From Eubacterium sp. (GTDB lineage Bacteria > Bacillota > Clostridia > Oscillospirales > Acutalibacteraceae), in assembly GCA_051881275.1 (NCBI GenBank), contig JBJEPO010000130.1, positions 1 through 49,644 of the forward strand: DNA of 49,644 nt, in the 5' to 3' direction. Below the pieces are notes generated by a model. It made no database searches, was not told where the DNA came from, and saw only the letters and a program-made list of their open reading frames with translations. The stretch's first letter is position 1; every line of letters starts with the position of its first letter. Shown in pieces: positions 10,037-20,168 of the stretch. Made by a program: the position numbers and the translations under genes.

Positions 10037-11305
10037 ATGAAAAAAATTGCAAGTGTATTCTTGTCAATCGCAATGCTTATATCGGTAATTGCACCTATAA
10101 GTATAACTGCAAATGCAGGATGCATTTCGTTTAGACAGGATTATTCCACGCACACTCTTTATATAACCAATTCAACAGACGGAGAGGTTACATTTTTGCC
10201 TGACAGTGACAACGGAGTAAATAGGGGAAATATTGAAAAAATCGTTTTCAGCGAAGGTATTGAGAGTGTAAATATTTCTTATCTTTATGGCTTTTCCAAT
10301 GTCAAAACAGTTGAATTTCCCAAAAGCGTATGCTATATCAGTTCGGGAATGTTCCGCAATTTAGAAAGTCTTACATCAATTAAGGTTAATTCAAAAAACA
10401 TTGCTTACTGTTCAATTTCCGGAGTACTTTATGCAAAGAATACCAAAACAAAGACTTTGAAAGCGTTTCCTCAAAATAAAAAAGCGGACAGCTTTGTTTT
10501 ACCTTCTAACGTCGGATCGATAGATGAGGACGCGTTTTTCTATTGTAAAAGAATTAAGAGCGTTGACTTATCTAAGGTAAAGAAAACGAAATATCTGAAA
10601 TATTTTTACATCGGAGAATATGCTTTTTACGGTTCATCAATAACCTCCGTAAAAATGCCTAAGCTTTCCACCTATGTATATAGCTTTGCTTTTGGTTATT
10701 GTGATAATTTGAAAAAATTAGACTTGTCAAAATGCAAGTATGTTGATAGTTATACTTGCAGTGATTGTAAAAATTTAAGCACATTAATACTGCCTAATAT
10801 TAAAACCATACCTGAAAGGCTTGCTGAATTCTGTCCTAAGCTTAAAAGCGTTTATGTTCCGGGTAAAGTTAAGAGTATAGGAAAATATGCGTTAGGCACG
10901 GCTTTTGCCAGCGAAGTTGAGGTCTATAAGGTTAAAGGCTTTACATTGTACTCAAAAAACAATTCTGCGGCTAAAAGCTATGCTAAAAAGTACGGATATA
11001 AACATACGACGGTTAAAACCCCGGCGTCAACCTCAATAACATCCCTTTCAAAAAGCAGCAAAGGTTTTACTGTAAAGTGGAAAAAGAAGGGATATTCCGG
11101 ATATCAAATTCAGTATAGCACTTCATCTAAGTTCAGCAGTCCTAAATATATTACTGTTTCAGGAAGTAAAAATACATCTAAAAAAGTCAGTAAATTAAAA
11201 GGGAAGAAGAAATACTATGTTCGCATAAGGACATATAAGACGGTAAGCGGAACGAAAGTGTTTTCCTCATGGTCTAAAGCTAAATCTGTTACAACAAAAA
11301 AATAA
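10037..11305 (+). CDS. Secreted BspA-like leucine-rich-repeat (LRR_5) protein with C-terminal FN3-like domain
   Basis: Signal peptide ending ANA; IGEYAFYGSSITSV-type repeats; C-terminal VKWKK..GYQIQYS..YYVRIRTY..FSSWS. Start set at ATG 10037. Confidence 0.85.
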   Translation: MKKIASVFLSIAMLISVIAPISITANAGCISFRQDYSTHTLYITNSTDGEVTFLPDSDNGVNRGNIEKIVFSEGIESVNISYLYGFSNVKTVEFPKSVCYISSGMFRNLESLTSIKVNSKNIAYCSISGVLYAKNTKTKTLKAFPQNKKADSFVLPSNVGSIDEDAFFYCKRIKSVDLSKVKKTKYLKYFYIGEYAFYGSSITSVKMPKLSTYVYSFAFGYCDNLKKLDLSKCKYVDSYTCSDCKNLSTLILPNIKTIPERLAEFCPKLKSVYVPGKVKSIGKYALGTAFASEVEVYKVKGFTLYSKNNSAAKSYAKKYGYKHTTVKTPASTSITSLSKSSKGFTVKWKKKGYSGYQIQYSTSSKFSSPKYITVSGSKNTSKKVSKLKGKKKYYVRIRTYKTVSGTKVFSSWSKAKSVTTKK

Positions 11306-11320
11306 TTGTTTATTACGAAT

Positions 11321-11360
11321 AAGGACATCTGCACATTGTGCGGGTGTCCTTATTTTTTTT
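11321..11360 (+). terminator. Intrinsic terminator
   Basis: AAGGACATCTGCAC-ATT-GTGCGGGTGTCCTT plus T8. Confidence 0.85.
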
Positions 11361-11487
11361 GTGAAGGAATTTGTGATTGATTTTTACAAAATGAGCAAAA
11401 GTGAGCAAATATTAATGATTGATTGTTCATATATCACAAGTAAAACAGGGCAAAATATGCAGAATTAACAAGAATAACTGCTCACTG

Positions 11488-11517
11488 TTGACTGTTATTG
11501 AATGAATTTGATATAAT
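11488..11517 (+). promoter_or_regulatory. fru promoter overlapped by putative FruR 10-bp direct repeats
   Basis: TTGACTGTTA/TTGAATGAAT/TTGATATAAT; the array contains -35 TTGACT and -10 TATAAT. Confidence 0.65.
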
Positions 11518-11558
11518 TAAGGCACAGAAAGGGAAACTTAAACGTTTAGGTGAAAACA

Positions 11559-12305
11559 ATGCTGACACAGGAGAGAAGAACAAAAATACTTGAAGTGCTG
11601 GAGGAAAAGGGCAGTGTAACCGTTACACAGCTAAGCGAATGCTTTGACGCCAGCGAATCAACAATACGCCGTGATTTAGTGGCTCTGTCACAGCTGGGCA
11701 GGCTGAAAAAGGTACACGGCGGCGCAATGATATCCTCACAGGAATTCCTCAGAAATGAGGAGGTAATGGAGGAAAAAAGCCTTAAATTTGTTGACGAAAA
11801 AACGCAGATTGCAATGTACGCCGCTCAGCAGATTAACGACGACGATTTCGTTTTTATTGACGCAGGCTCAACCACCTACCTTATGACTAAGTACATAAAG
11901 GACACAAAGGCAACCTTCGTTACAAACGGAATTGCTCACGCAAAGGAGCTGTCAAAAAACGGATGCAAGGTGTTTGTTTTAGGCGGCGAGCTTAAAGAGA
12001 CAACCGAGGCGATAATAGGTCTTGTTGCCGCTTCAAATCTGCAAAAATACAATTTTTCAAAGGCTTTTATCGGAGCAAACGGTATCACTGAGAAGCAGGG
12101 CTTTACTACTCCCGATACCGAGGAGGCAATGCTTAAAGCAGTTGCAATAGAGCGCAGCTTTGTTTCTTATGTGCTGGCGGACAGCTCAAAATTCGGCAAG
12201 GTATCCGCCGTAAGCTTCGGCGGTCTTGACTGTGCCTGCATTATCTGTGACAAATGCTCCGACGAATCCGTAAAAGAAAAATGTGTAGTAAAAGAGGTGA
12301 TATAG
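11559..12305 (+). CDS. fruR: DeoR/GlpR-family fructose repressor
   Basis: SESTIRRDL..L...VHGGA HTH, IDAGST; upstream of fruK/fruA. Confidence 0.9.
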   Translation: MLTQERRTKILEVLEEKGSVTVTQLSECFDASESTIRRDLVALSQLGRLKKVHGGAMISSQEFLRNEEVMEEKSLKFVDEKTQIAMYAAQQINDDDFVFIDAGSTTYLMTKYIKDTKATFVTNGIAHAKELSKNGCKVFVLGGELKETTEAIIGLVAASNLQKYNFSKAFIGANGITEKQGFTTPDTEEAMLKAVAIERSFVSYVLADSSKFGKVSAVSFGGLDCACIICDKCSDESVKEKCVVKEVI

Positions 12306-13217
12306 TTGGTTTACACTATAACATTTAATCCTGCACTTGATTATGTTATGAATCTTGCGTCACTGCGCACCGACGATATAAACCGAACCGAAAGCGAGGA
12401 GCTGTATTACGGCGGTAAGGGAATTAATGTGTCGGTAATACTCAGCAGGCTGGGAATTGACAATACGGCGCTGGGATTTTTAGCAGGATTTACAGGCAAA
12501 AGGCTTGAACAAATGCTTGTAAAGGACGGTATAAGCTGCGACTTTAATTATTTAAAGGACGGTTATACAAGAATAAATGTAAAGATAAAAGCGGATACTG
12601 AAATTGATGTAAACGCCAACGGTCCCGATGTAAAAGCAGAGGATATAAAGGCTTTGATGTCAAAGCTTGACGAAATAAAGCAGGGCGATTATCTGGTGCT
12701 TTCAGGCTCCATACCAAAATCCCTGCCGGATGACATATATCAGCGCATTATGGAAAAGCTAACCGGCAGAGGCGTTCGCTTTGTGGTTGACGCAGAAAAG
12801 GATTTGCTTTTAAATTCGCTGAAATACAAGCCGTTTCTGATTAAACCTAATCATCACGAGCTGGGCGATATTTTTAATGTAAAAATTGACAGTGATGAGG
12901 ATATAATAAAATATGCGAAGGCTTTGCAGGAGCAGGGCGCAGTGAACGTGCTTGTTTCCATGGCAAAGGACGGCGCAATGCTGATTGACGAGCACTCAAA
13001 GGTGCACAAAATAGAAAACGCACCGGGAAAGGTTGTCAATTCGGTAGGCTGCGGCGACAGTATGGTGGCAGGCTTTGTTGCCGGCTTTATTGACAAAAAC
13101 GATTACGAGTATGCGTTAAGGCTGGGCGCCGCCTGCGGAAACGCTACTGCATTTTCAAAAGAACTTGCACTTTATGATGAAATAAAGGCAGTTTTTAATA
13201 AATATTATTTAACATAG
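12306..13217 (+). CDS. fruK: 1-phosphofructokinase (PfkB family)
   Basis: TITFNPALD, GGKGINVS, IKPNHHEL, NSVGCGDSMVAGF; TTG start after GAGGTG. Confidence 0.95.
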   Translation: MVYTITFNPALDYVMNLASLRTDDINRTESEELYYGGKGINVSVILSRLGIDNTALGFLAGFTGKRLEQMLVKDGISCDFNYLKDGYTRINVKIKADTEIDVNANGPDVKAEDIKALMSKLDEIKQGDYLVLSGSIPKSLPDDIYQRIMEKLTGRGVRFVVDAEKDLLLNSLKYKPFLIKPNHHELGDIFNVKIDSDEDIIKYAKALQEQGAVNVLVSMAKDGAMLIDEHSKVHKIENAPGKVVNSVGCGDSMVAGFVAGFIDKNDYEYALRLGAACGNATAFSKELALYDEIKAVFNKYYLT

Positions 13218-13284
13218 AACAACGGTAAATCCGCCACTATAAACGGTGGTTCAAATTAATCGTTATCTAAGGGAGGGCTATATT

Positions 13285-15216
13285 ATGAGAATAATAGATT
13301 TGCTTAAATCCGACGCAATAGATTTAAACGTATCTGTTTCGTCAAAGGCAGAGGCTATCAATAAAATGACAGAGCTTCATAAAAAAGCCGGAAATCTTGC
13401 GGACGCCGAGGCTTACAAAAAGGCGATACTTGCAAGAGAGGAGCAGGGTACAACGGCTATCGGAGAGGGCATTGCGGTACCCCACGCAAAATCCGACAGC
13501 GTAAAGGCTCCCGGTTTATCGGCTATTACAGTACCGGCAGGTGTAGATTACGGCGCACCCGACGGAAAACCGTCCGACATACTGTTTATGATTGCGGCAC
13601 CTATGGACGGCGATTTACATCTTGAAATACTTTCAAGACTTATGGTAATGCTTATGGAGCCGGAATTTTGCAACGCCTTGAGAGGCGCAAAAACACCTGA
13701 GGAATTTCTCAGCATTATAGATAAAAAAGAGGCGGAGAAATATCCCGACGAGGTTAAGGAGGAGGCTTTGAAAACGGAGGGATACAGAATCCTTGCCGTT
13801 ACGGCTTGCCCCACAGGCATTGCCCACACATATATGGCGGCTGAGGCTCTTGAAAAAGCCGGCGAAAAAATGGGCTATCCTCTTAAAGCGGAGACAAACG
13901 GCTCCGGCGGAGCAAAAAATGTTCTTACCAAAAAAGAAATTGAAGAATGTGACGGCATAATCATTGCCGCCGATAAAAATGTTAAAATGGCGAGATTTGA
14001 CGGCAAGCCTGTTGTAAAGGCATCCGTCAGCGCAGGCATCAATAAGCCTGAGGAGCTTATACAGAAAATCGTTGACGGCAGAGCAGCTGTTTACCACGCA
14101 GACGGTTCACAGCAGGAGGCAGTTGACGATGATGAAAAGGAAGGCTTCGGCCACAGAATTTACAAGCACCTGATGAACGGTGTATCGCACATGCTTCCCT
14201 TCGTTGTAGGCGGCGGTGTTATGATTGCCTTGGGCTTTCTTATTGATACCCTTGCCGGCAACGCAAACGCAGGCGGTAATTTCGGACAGACTAATCCCAT
14301 TGCATCGGTTATCTTCTGGATAGGTAAAGCGGCATTCTCATTTATGCTTCCTATTCTTGCAGGATATATCGCTCAGTCAATAGCAGACCGTCCAGGTCTT
14401 TTGCCCGGTATCGTCGGCGGATATCTTGCCACCACCGGCGCAACGCTCAGCTCGCCCACAGGCGACGACAGTGCGGTTTCGGGATTTTTAGGTGCACTGC
14501 TGGCAGGCTTTGTGGCAGGTATTATCGTTGAACTGCTGAAAAAAGCGTTTAACTGGCTGCCTAAATCAATGGACGGCATCAAGCCCGTATTCATTTATCC
14601 CCTTTTAGGCACTGCACTAATTGGCGTATTTATGCTTCTTATTAATCCTGTTGTGGGACTTATCAACACAGGTCTTTCAAACGGTCTTTCCTCTCTCGGC
14701 GAAACCAGCAGACTTCTCCTTTCAATAGTTCTTGCGGCAATGATGGCTATTGATATGGGCGGTCCGTTCAACAAGGCGGCTTATGTATTCGGCACTGCCG
14801 CTATTGCAGACGGCAACACCTGGATTATGGCGGCGGTTATGATTGGCGGTATGGTACCACCTATTGCCATCGCACTTTCAACAACATTTAACAAGAAAAA
14901 GTGGACTAACGAGGAAATCAAAAACGGTCCTGTTAACTATCTTATGGGACTTTGCTTTATCACCGAGGGCGCAATTCCCTACGCCGCATCAGACCCCCTT
15001 CGTGTAATTCCGTCCTGTATGGTAGGCTCTGCGGTAGCAGGCGCAGTAACTGCGTTGTTCGGATGTGCCTGTCCTGCGCCCCACGGCGGTATATTCACCT
15101 TTGCGGTGGTTGACCATCCCCTTGGTTATTTGATTGCCCTTGCGGCAGGTTCGGTTGCAGGCGCACTTATGCTTGGTCTGCTTAAAAAAACAAGAAGAGA
15201 AGAGGTAAATGCGTAA
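13285..15216 (+). CDS. fruA: PTS fructose-specific EIIABC
   Basis: IIA GIAVPH, IIB ACPTGIAHTYMAAE, IIC DMGGPFNK and ITEGAIP. Confidence 0.96.
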   Translation: MRIIDLLKSDAIDLNVSVSSKAEAINKMTELHKKAGNLADAEAYKKAILAREEQGTTAIGEGIAVPHAKSDSVKAPGLSAITVPAGVDYGAPDGKPSDILFMIAAPMDGDLHLEILSRLMVMLMEPEFCNALRGAKTPEEFLSIIDKKEAEKYPDEVKEEALKTEGYRILAVTACPTGIAHTYMAAEALEKAGEKMGYPLKAETNGSGGAKNVLTKKEIEECDGIIIAADKNVKMARFDGKPVVKASVSAGINKPEELIQKIVDGRAAVYHADGSQQEAVDDDEKEGFGHRIYKHLMNGVSHMLPFVVGGGVMIALGFLIDTLAGNANAGGNFGQTNPIASVIFWIGKAAFSFMLPILAGYIAQSIADRPGLLPGIVGGYLATTGATLSSPTGDDSAVSGFLGALLAGFVAGIIVELLKKAFNWLPKSMDGIKPVFIYPLLGTALIGVFMLLINPVVGLINTGLSNGLSSLGETSRLLLSIVLAAMMAIDMGGPFNKAAYVFGTAAIADGNTWIMAAVMIGGMVPPIAIALSTTFNKKKWTNEEIKNGPVNYLMGLCFITEGAIPYAASDPLRVIPSCMVGSAVAGAVTALFGCACPAPHGGIFTFAVVDHPLGYLIALAAGSVAGALMLGLLKKTRREEVNA

Positions 15217-15482
15217 TGGTATCAAAGGATTTTACAATTAAAAATAAAATGGGTCTTCACATGCGCCCTGCCAATGTTTTTGTAACGGAAATGACTAAGT
15301 TTAACTCCGATGTTAACATTGTAATGAACGGCAAAAAAATAAACGGCAAAAGCATTATGAATATTATGGCGGCCTGCATTAAATGCGGCAGTGAAATCAC
15401 CGTTGAATGTGACGGCGCAGACGAGGCTGATATGCTTTCAAAGGCAACTGAATTGATTGAATCAGGCTTCGGCGAGGATTAA
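15216..15482 (+). CDS. ptsH: Phosphocarrier protein HPr
   Basis: GLHMRPA (His15) and KSIM (Ser46). Confidence 0.95.
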   Translation: MVSKDFTIKNKMGLHMRPANVFVTEMTKFNSDVNIVMNGKKINGKSIMNIMAACIKCGSEITVECDGADEADMLSKATELIESGFGED

Positions 15483-15490
15483 ATAATAAA

Positions 15491-15523
15491 CACCTCTCCG
15501 TATAAAGCGGAGAGGTGGATTTT
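15491..15523 (+). terminator. Hairpin between ptsH and ptsI (weak terminator or mRNA stabiliser)
   Basis: CACCTCTCCG-TATAAAG-CGGAGAGGTG with a poor U-tract. Confidence 0.5.
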
Positions 15524-15565
15524 GGGTATTAATACATAATACCTTTAACATCAAGAGGTGAGATT

Positions 15566-17179
15566 ATGCTTAAAGGAATAGGAGTATCACAGGGCTACGG
15601 CATAGGAAAAGCAGTGATTATCAAAGACATCAGCCTTGATTACAGTGCGGTAAAATTTACCGACGCCGATGACCAGAAGAACAGACTTCACGGCGCTGTT
15701 GAAAAATATACTGAGGATACAAAAAGACTTGCCGAGGATTTGAGAAAAAGCGCAGGCGATAAAGAGGCTGAAATACTTGAAGGTCATCTTATGATGCTTC
15801 AGGACCCCTTTATGCTTTCTCAGATGGATGATAATATTGACTCGGGAGCCACTGCCGAGTCGGCGGCGGACACGGTTTGCACAATGTTTATTGATATGTT
15901 CTCCGGCGTTGACGACGAGCTTACAAGGCAGAGAGCCTCCGACGTAAAGGACATACGTGATAATTTGCTTCGTCTGCTTTTAGGTGTAAAATGCGTTGAT
16001 ATTTCGGCGGTGCCTAAAGGCTCGGTGCTTGTGGCAAAGGATTTTACCCCGTCAATGACAAGCCGAATTAACAAGGATAATGTGGCGGCTATTATTACGG
16101 AGGTAGGCGGCGTTACAAGCCACAGTGCAATTCTTGCAAGGGCAATGGGCATACCTGCGGTTTTGTCGGTTGCCAACGCATCAAATATTATCTGCGATTC
16201 ACAGCAGCTGATTGTTGACGGCTTTAAGGGTAAAATTATAACCGAGCCCGAGCAGTCGCTTCTTGACGAATATCTGCAAAAGCAAAAGGATTATCTAAAA
16301 GAAAAAGAGAGCCTGACCCGATATTTTTCAAAGGCAACCGTTACAAAAGGCGGTGCGGTAAAAAAGGTTTACGGCAATATCGGCAAGGCGGAGGACGCTC
16401 AAAATGTGCTCCAAAACGGCGGAGAGGGAATAGGACTGTTCCGCACGGAATTTCTGTTTATGGACAGAGAGCACGAGCCTACCGAGGAGGAGCAGTTTGA
16501 GGCTTATTCCACCGTCGCAAAGGCTATGGACGGCAAAGAGGTTATTATCCGCACCCTTGATATAGGCGGCGACAAGGCTATTGATTACCTTTCCATAGAT
16601 AAAGAGGAAAATCCGTTTTTGGGACACAGGGCAATTCGCTACTGCCTTGATAATACAGACCTTTTCAAAAAGCAGATTCGTGCAATTCTACGTGCGGCTC
16701 AGTACGGCGATATAAAAATTATGCTTCCGCTGGTGACTACGGTTGATGAAGTGCGCCGTGCAAAGGATATTATTGCAGATTGTGCCGTGGAGCTTAAAAA
16801 TGAGGGCTTAAGGTATGCGCAGGCTCCCGTGGGCGTTATGATTGAAACGCCGTCGGCGGCGCTTATTTCCGATTTACTGGCAAAGGAGGCGGCGTTCTTC
16901 TCCATAGGCACCAATGATTTAACAGGCTATGTTATGGCGGTGGATAGGGGAAACGCCAAGGTCAGCGGACTTTATGACGTTTTTCAGCCGTCGGTATTGA
17001 GGGCAATAGAAATGACGATTAAAAATGCCAAAGCCGCCGGAATACCTGTGGGTATGTGCGGCGAGGCGGCGTCGGACAGCCGTCTTATTCCCGAGCTGGT
17101 GAAATGGGGGCTTGATGAATTTTCCGTATCTCCCTCATCAATTCTTCAAACAAGAAAAAATATCTGCCATTGCGATTAA
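15566..17179 (+). CDS. ptsI: PTS enzyme I
   Basis: GGVTSHSAILAR, GIGLFRTEFLF, FSIGTNDL, GMCGE. Confidence 0.97.
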   Translation: MLKGIGVSQGYGIGKAVIIKDISLDYSAVKFTDADDQKNRLHGAVEKYTEDTKRLAEDLRKSAGDKEAEILEGHLMMLQDPFMLSQMDDNIDSGATAESAADTVCTMFIDMFSGVDDELTRQRASDVKDIRDNLLRLLLGVKCVDISAVPKGSVLVAKDFTPSMTSRINKDNVAAIITEVGGVTSHSAILARAMGIPAVLSVANASNIICDSQQLIVDGFKGKIITEPEQSLLDEYLQKQKDYLKEKESLTRYFSKATVTKGGAVKKVYGNIGKAEDAQNVLQNGGEGIGLFRTEFLFMDREHEPTEEEQFEAYSTVAKAMDGKEVIIRTLDIGGDKAIDYLSIDKEENPFLGHRAIRYCLDNTDLFKKQIRAILRAAQYGDIKIMLPLVTTVDEVRRAKDIIADCAVELKNEGLRYAQAPVGVMIETPSAALISDLLAKEAAFFSIGTNDLTGYVMAVDRGNAKVSGLYDVFQPSVLRAIEMTIKNAKAAGIPVGMCGEAASDSRLIPELVKWGLDEFSVSPSSILQTRKNICHCD

Positions 17180-17250
17180 GAGCGGATTTGGCTTAGCTTT
17201 ATGCGTTCCGTCAGCCTTTTATGACCGGCGGAGCGTTAATTTTTGACAGA

Positions 17251-17417
17251 TTGTGAAAAAAATGTCAATCAGTATATCAGGCTGTAAAATGCACAAAAAT
17301 TATTGTGAATTTATTATCAATTTGTTGAAAAAATAGAAAGTTGCATAAAACCCTTGCACTTTTCAAATATTGTATTAATATATAAGAGCAAATGAAATAT
17401 TGTTAATTAATTGTCAA
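17251..17417 (+). promoter_or_regulatory. Three Rex-like operators upstream of adhE
   Basis: 18-mers TTGTGAAAAAAATGTCAA (17251), TTGTGAATTTATTATCAA (17303), TTGTTAATTAATTGTCAA (17400); compare Rex consensus TTGTKAA-N4-TTMACAA. Confidence 0.75.
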
Positions 17418-17438
17418 TCTTTTACAGGAGGAATACAA

Positions 17439-20036
17439 ATGGCAAAAGAAATAATTGACAGCGTTGAAAAGCTTGAAGCGGAGATTGCGAGAGTTCGCAA
17501 GGCTCAGCAGGAGTTTTCAACCTATACACAGGAGCAGGTGGATAAAATCTTCTTTGCCGCCGCAATGGCAGCAAACAAGGCAAGAATCCCCCTTGCAAAG
17601 GACGCAGTTGCGGAAACAGGCATGGGTATAGTTGAAGATAAGATTATCAAAAACCACTATGCCGCAGAATATATCTATAACAAATACAAAGACACAAAAA
17701 CCTGCGGAGTTATTGATGAGGACAAGGCTTACGGCACACAGTCTATTGCTGAGCCTATCGGCGTAGTTGCCGCTGTTATACCTACCACAAACCCCACATC
17801 AACCGCTATTTTTAAAACACTTATTTCACTTAAAACAAGAAACGGTATTATCATTTCTCCTCACCCGAGAGCAAAGAAATGCACAGCGGATGCGGCTAAA
17901 ATCGTTCTTGATGCGGCAGTAGCGGCAGGTGCACCTGAGGGAATTATAAGCTGGATTGACGCTCCGTCACTTGAGATGACAAATCTTCTTATGAAGGAGG
18001 CTGACATCATCCTTGCAACAGGCGGTCCCGGTATGGTTAAAGCCGCATATTCAAGCGGTAAGCCGGCTCTGGGCGTTGGCGCAGGTAATACTCCTGCAAT
18101 CATTGACGAGTCTGCCGACATTAAGGTTGCCGTTAACTCAATCATTCACTCAAAGACCTTTGACAACGGTATGATTTGTGCTTCCGAGCAGAGCTGTATC
18201 GCTGACAAGAAGATATATAAAGAGGTTAAGAAGGAATTTGAGGCAAGAGGCTGTTACTTCCTTAAGGGTGACGAGATTGACAAGGTCCGCAAGACTATTA
18301 TTATCAACGGTGCCCTTAACGCAAAGATTGTAGGTCAGAAGCCTGTAACAATCGCCGCTCTTGCAGGTGTTGAGGTTCCCGAGGATACAAAAATCCTTAT
18401 CGGTGAGGTTGAGTCCGTTGATATAAGCGAGGAATTTGCTCACGAAAAGCTTTCACCGGTACTTGCTATGTACAAGGCAAAGGATTTTGATGACGCTCTT
18501 GACAAAGCCGCTCAGCTTGTTGCCGACGGCGGTTACGGTCACACATCCTCAGTATATCTTGACGCAACAAATGAAAGAGAAAAGATTGACAGATTTGCCG
18601 CACGTATGAAAACCTGCCGTATTCTTGTTAACACACCTTCTTCATTCGGCGGTATCGGCGACCTTTACAACTTTAACCTTGCTCCGTCGCTTACATTGGG
18701 CTGTGGCTCCTGGGGCGGTAACTCCGTATCCGAAAATGTTGGCGTTAAGCACCTTTTGAATATTAAGACTGTTGCAGAAAGAAGGGAAAATATGCTTTGG
18801 TTCCGTGCACCTGAAAAGGTATATATCAAAAAAGGCTGTCTTCCTGTTGCTCTTGACGAGCTTGGCACCGTTATGGGTAAGAAGAAGGTATTTATCGTAA
18901 CCGACAGCTTCCTTTACAACAACGGTTATACAAAGCCGATTACAGATAAGCTTGATTCTATGGGCATTGTTCATACAACATTCTTTGATGTTGCTCCCGA
19001 CCCGACTCTTGCCTGTGCAAAGGCAGGTGCGGCTCAGATGACAGCATTCCAGCCTGACTGCATTATTGCAATCGGCGGCGGCTCGGCAATGGACGCAGGT
19101 AAAATTATGTGGGTAATGTATGAGCATCCCGAGGTTGACTTCCAGGATCTTGCAATGAGATTTATGGATATCCGCAAGAGAGTTTACACCTTCCCGAAAA
19201 TGGGCGAAAAGGCATACTTTATCGCAGTTCCAACATCAGCAGGTACAGGCTCCGAGGTTACTCCCTTCGCCGTTATCACAGACGAAAAGAGCGGTATCAA
19301 ATATCCTCTTGCAGACTACGAGCTTCTGCCTAAAATGGCAATCGTTGATGCAGATATGCATATGACTGCCCCTAAGGGACTCACTGCCGCATCCGGTATT
19401 GACGCAGTAACTCACGCACTTGAGGCTTATGCTTCAATGATGGCTACCGAATACACAGACGGCCTTGCAATTGAGGCGCTTAAAAATATCTTTGAGTATC
19501 TTCCCCGTGCCTATGACAACGGTCCTAACGACCCTGTTGCAAGAGAGAAGATGGCAAACGCCGCCACAATGGCAGGTATGGCATTCGCAAACGCATTTTT
19601 GGGTGTTTGCCACTCAATGGCACATAAGCTGGGCGCATTCCACCACCTTCCTCACGGTGTTGCAAACGCATTGATGATTAACTATGTGCTTGAGTTCAAC
19701 GCCGCAGAGGTTCCTGCAAAAATGGGTACCTTCCCGCAGTACGATTATCCTAAGACTCTCAGAAGATATGCCGAGGTTGCAGAGGCACTGGGCATTGAGG
19801 GCAAGGATGACAATGCTAAGCTTAAGGGTCTTATGGCTAAGATTGACGAGCTTAAAGAGAAGGTAGGCATTAAGAAGACCATCGCAGATTACGGCATCAG
19901 CGAGGAGGACTTCCTTGCAACTCTTGACGAAATGGTTGAGCAGGCATTTGATGACCAGTGCACCGGTGCAAACCCAAGACTTCCGCTTATGAGCGAAATC
20001 AAGGATATGTACCTTCGTGCTTACTACGGCAAATAA
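17439..20036 (+). CDS. adhE: Bifunctional acetaldehyde-CoA/alcohol dehydrogenase
   Basis: ALDH domain (PTTNPTST, ICASEQ, GCGSWGGN) fused to Fe-ADH domain (GGGSAMDAGK, GVCHSMAH); ATG 17439 after AGGAGG. Confidence 0.98.
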   Translation: MAKEIIDSVEKLEAEIARVRKAQQEFSTYTQEQVDKIFFAAAMAANKARIPLAKDAVAETGMGIVEDKIIKNHYAAEYIYNKYKDTKTCGVIDEDKAYGTQSIAEPIGVVAAVIPTTNPTSTAIFKTLISLKTRNGIIISPHPRAKKCTADAAKIVLDAAVAAGAPEGIISWIDAPSLEMTNLLMKEADIILATGGPGMVKAAYSSGKPALGVGAGNTPAIIDESADIKVAVNSIIHSKTFDNGMICASEQSCIADKKIYKEVKKEFEARGCYFLKGDEIDKVRKTIIINGALNAKIVGQKPVTIAALAGVEVPEDTKILIGEVESVDISEEFAHEKLSPVLAMYKAKDFDDALDKAAQLVADGGYGHTSSVYLDATNEREKIDRFAARMKTCRILVNTPSSFGGIGDLYNFNLAPSLTLGCGSWGGNSVSENVGVKHLLNIKTVAERRENMLWFRAPEKVYIKKGCLPVALDELGTVMGKKKVFIVTDSFLYNNGYTKPITDKLDSMGIVHTTFFDVAPDPTLACAKAGAAQMTAFQPDCIIAIGGGSAMDAGKIMWVMYEHPEVDFQDLAMRFMDIRKRVYTFPKMGEKAYFIAVPTSAGTGSEVTPFAVITDEKSGIKYPLADYELLPKMAIVDADMHMTAPKGLTAASGIDAVTHALEAYASMMATEYTDGLAIEALKNIFEYLPRAYDNGPNDPVAREKMANAATMAGMAFANAFLGVCHSMAHKLGAFHHLPHGVANALMINYVLEFNAAEVPAKMGTFPQYDYPKTLRRYAEVAEALGIEGKDDNAKLKGLMAKIDELKEKVGIKKTIADYGISEEDFLATLDEMVEQAFDDQCTGANPRLPLMSEIKDMYLRAYYGK

Positions 20037-20046
20037 TTAATTATAC

Positions 20047-20087
20047 AAAATCACTGCAGAAAATTAATGTTTCTGCGGTGATTTTTA
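20047..20087 (+). terminator. Intrinsic terminator
   Basis: AAAATCACTGCAGAAA...TTTCTGCGGTGATTTT. Confidence 0.8.
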
Positions 20088-20168
20088 TTTTTATGTTTAT
20101 TTAACGGTGCAAATGTGCTATTATTAATTAGTAAAGAACTCTTAAACCCTATCTAAAGGAGTGGTGAA

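Noticed and set aside
17203-17244. GC-rich hairpin after ptsI as an ncRNA
   Set aside because: Short imperfect stem with a T-rich tail, best explained as the ptsI terminator
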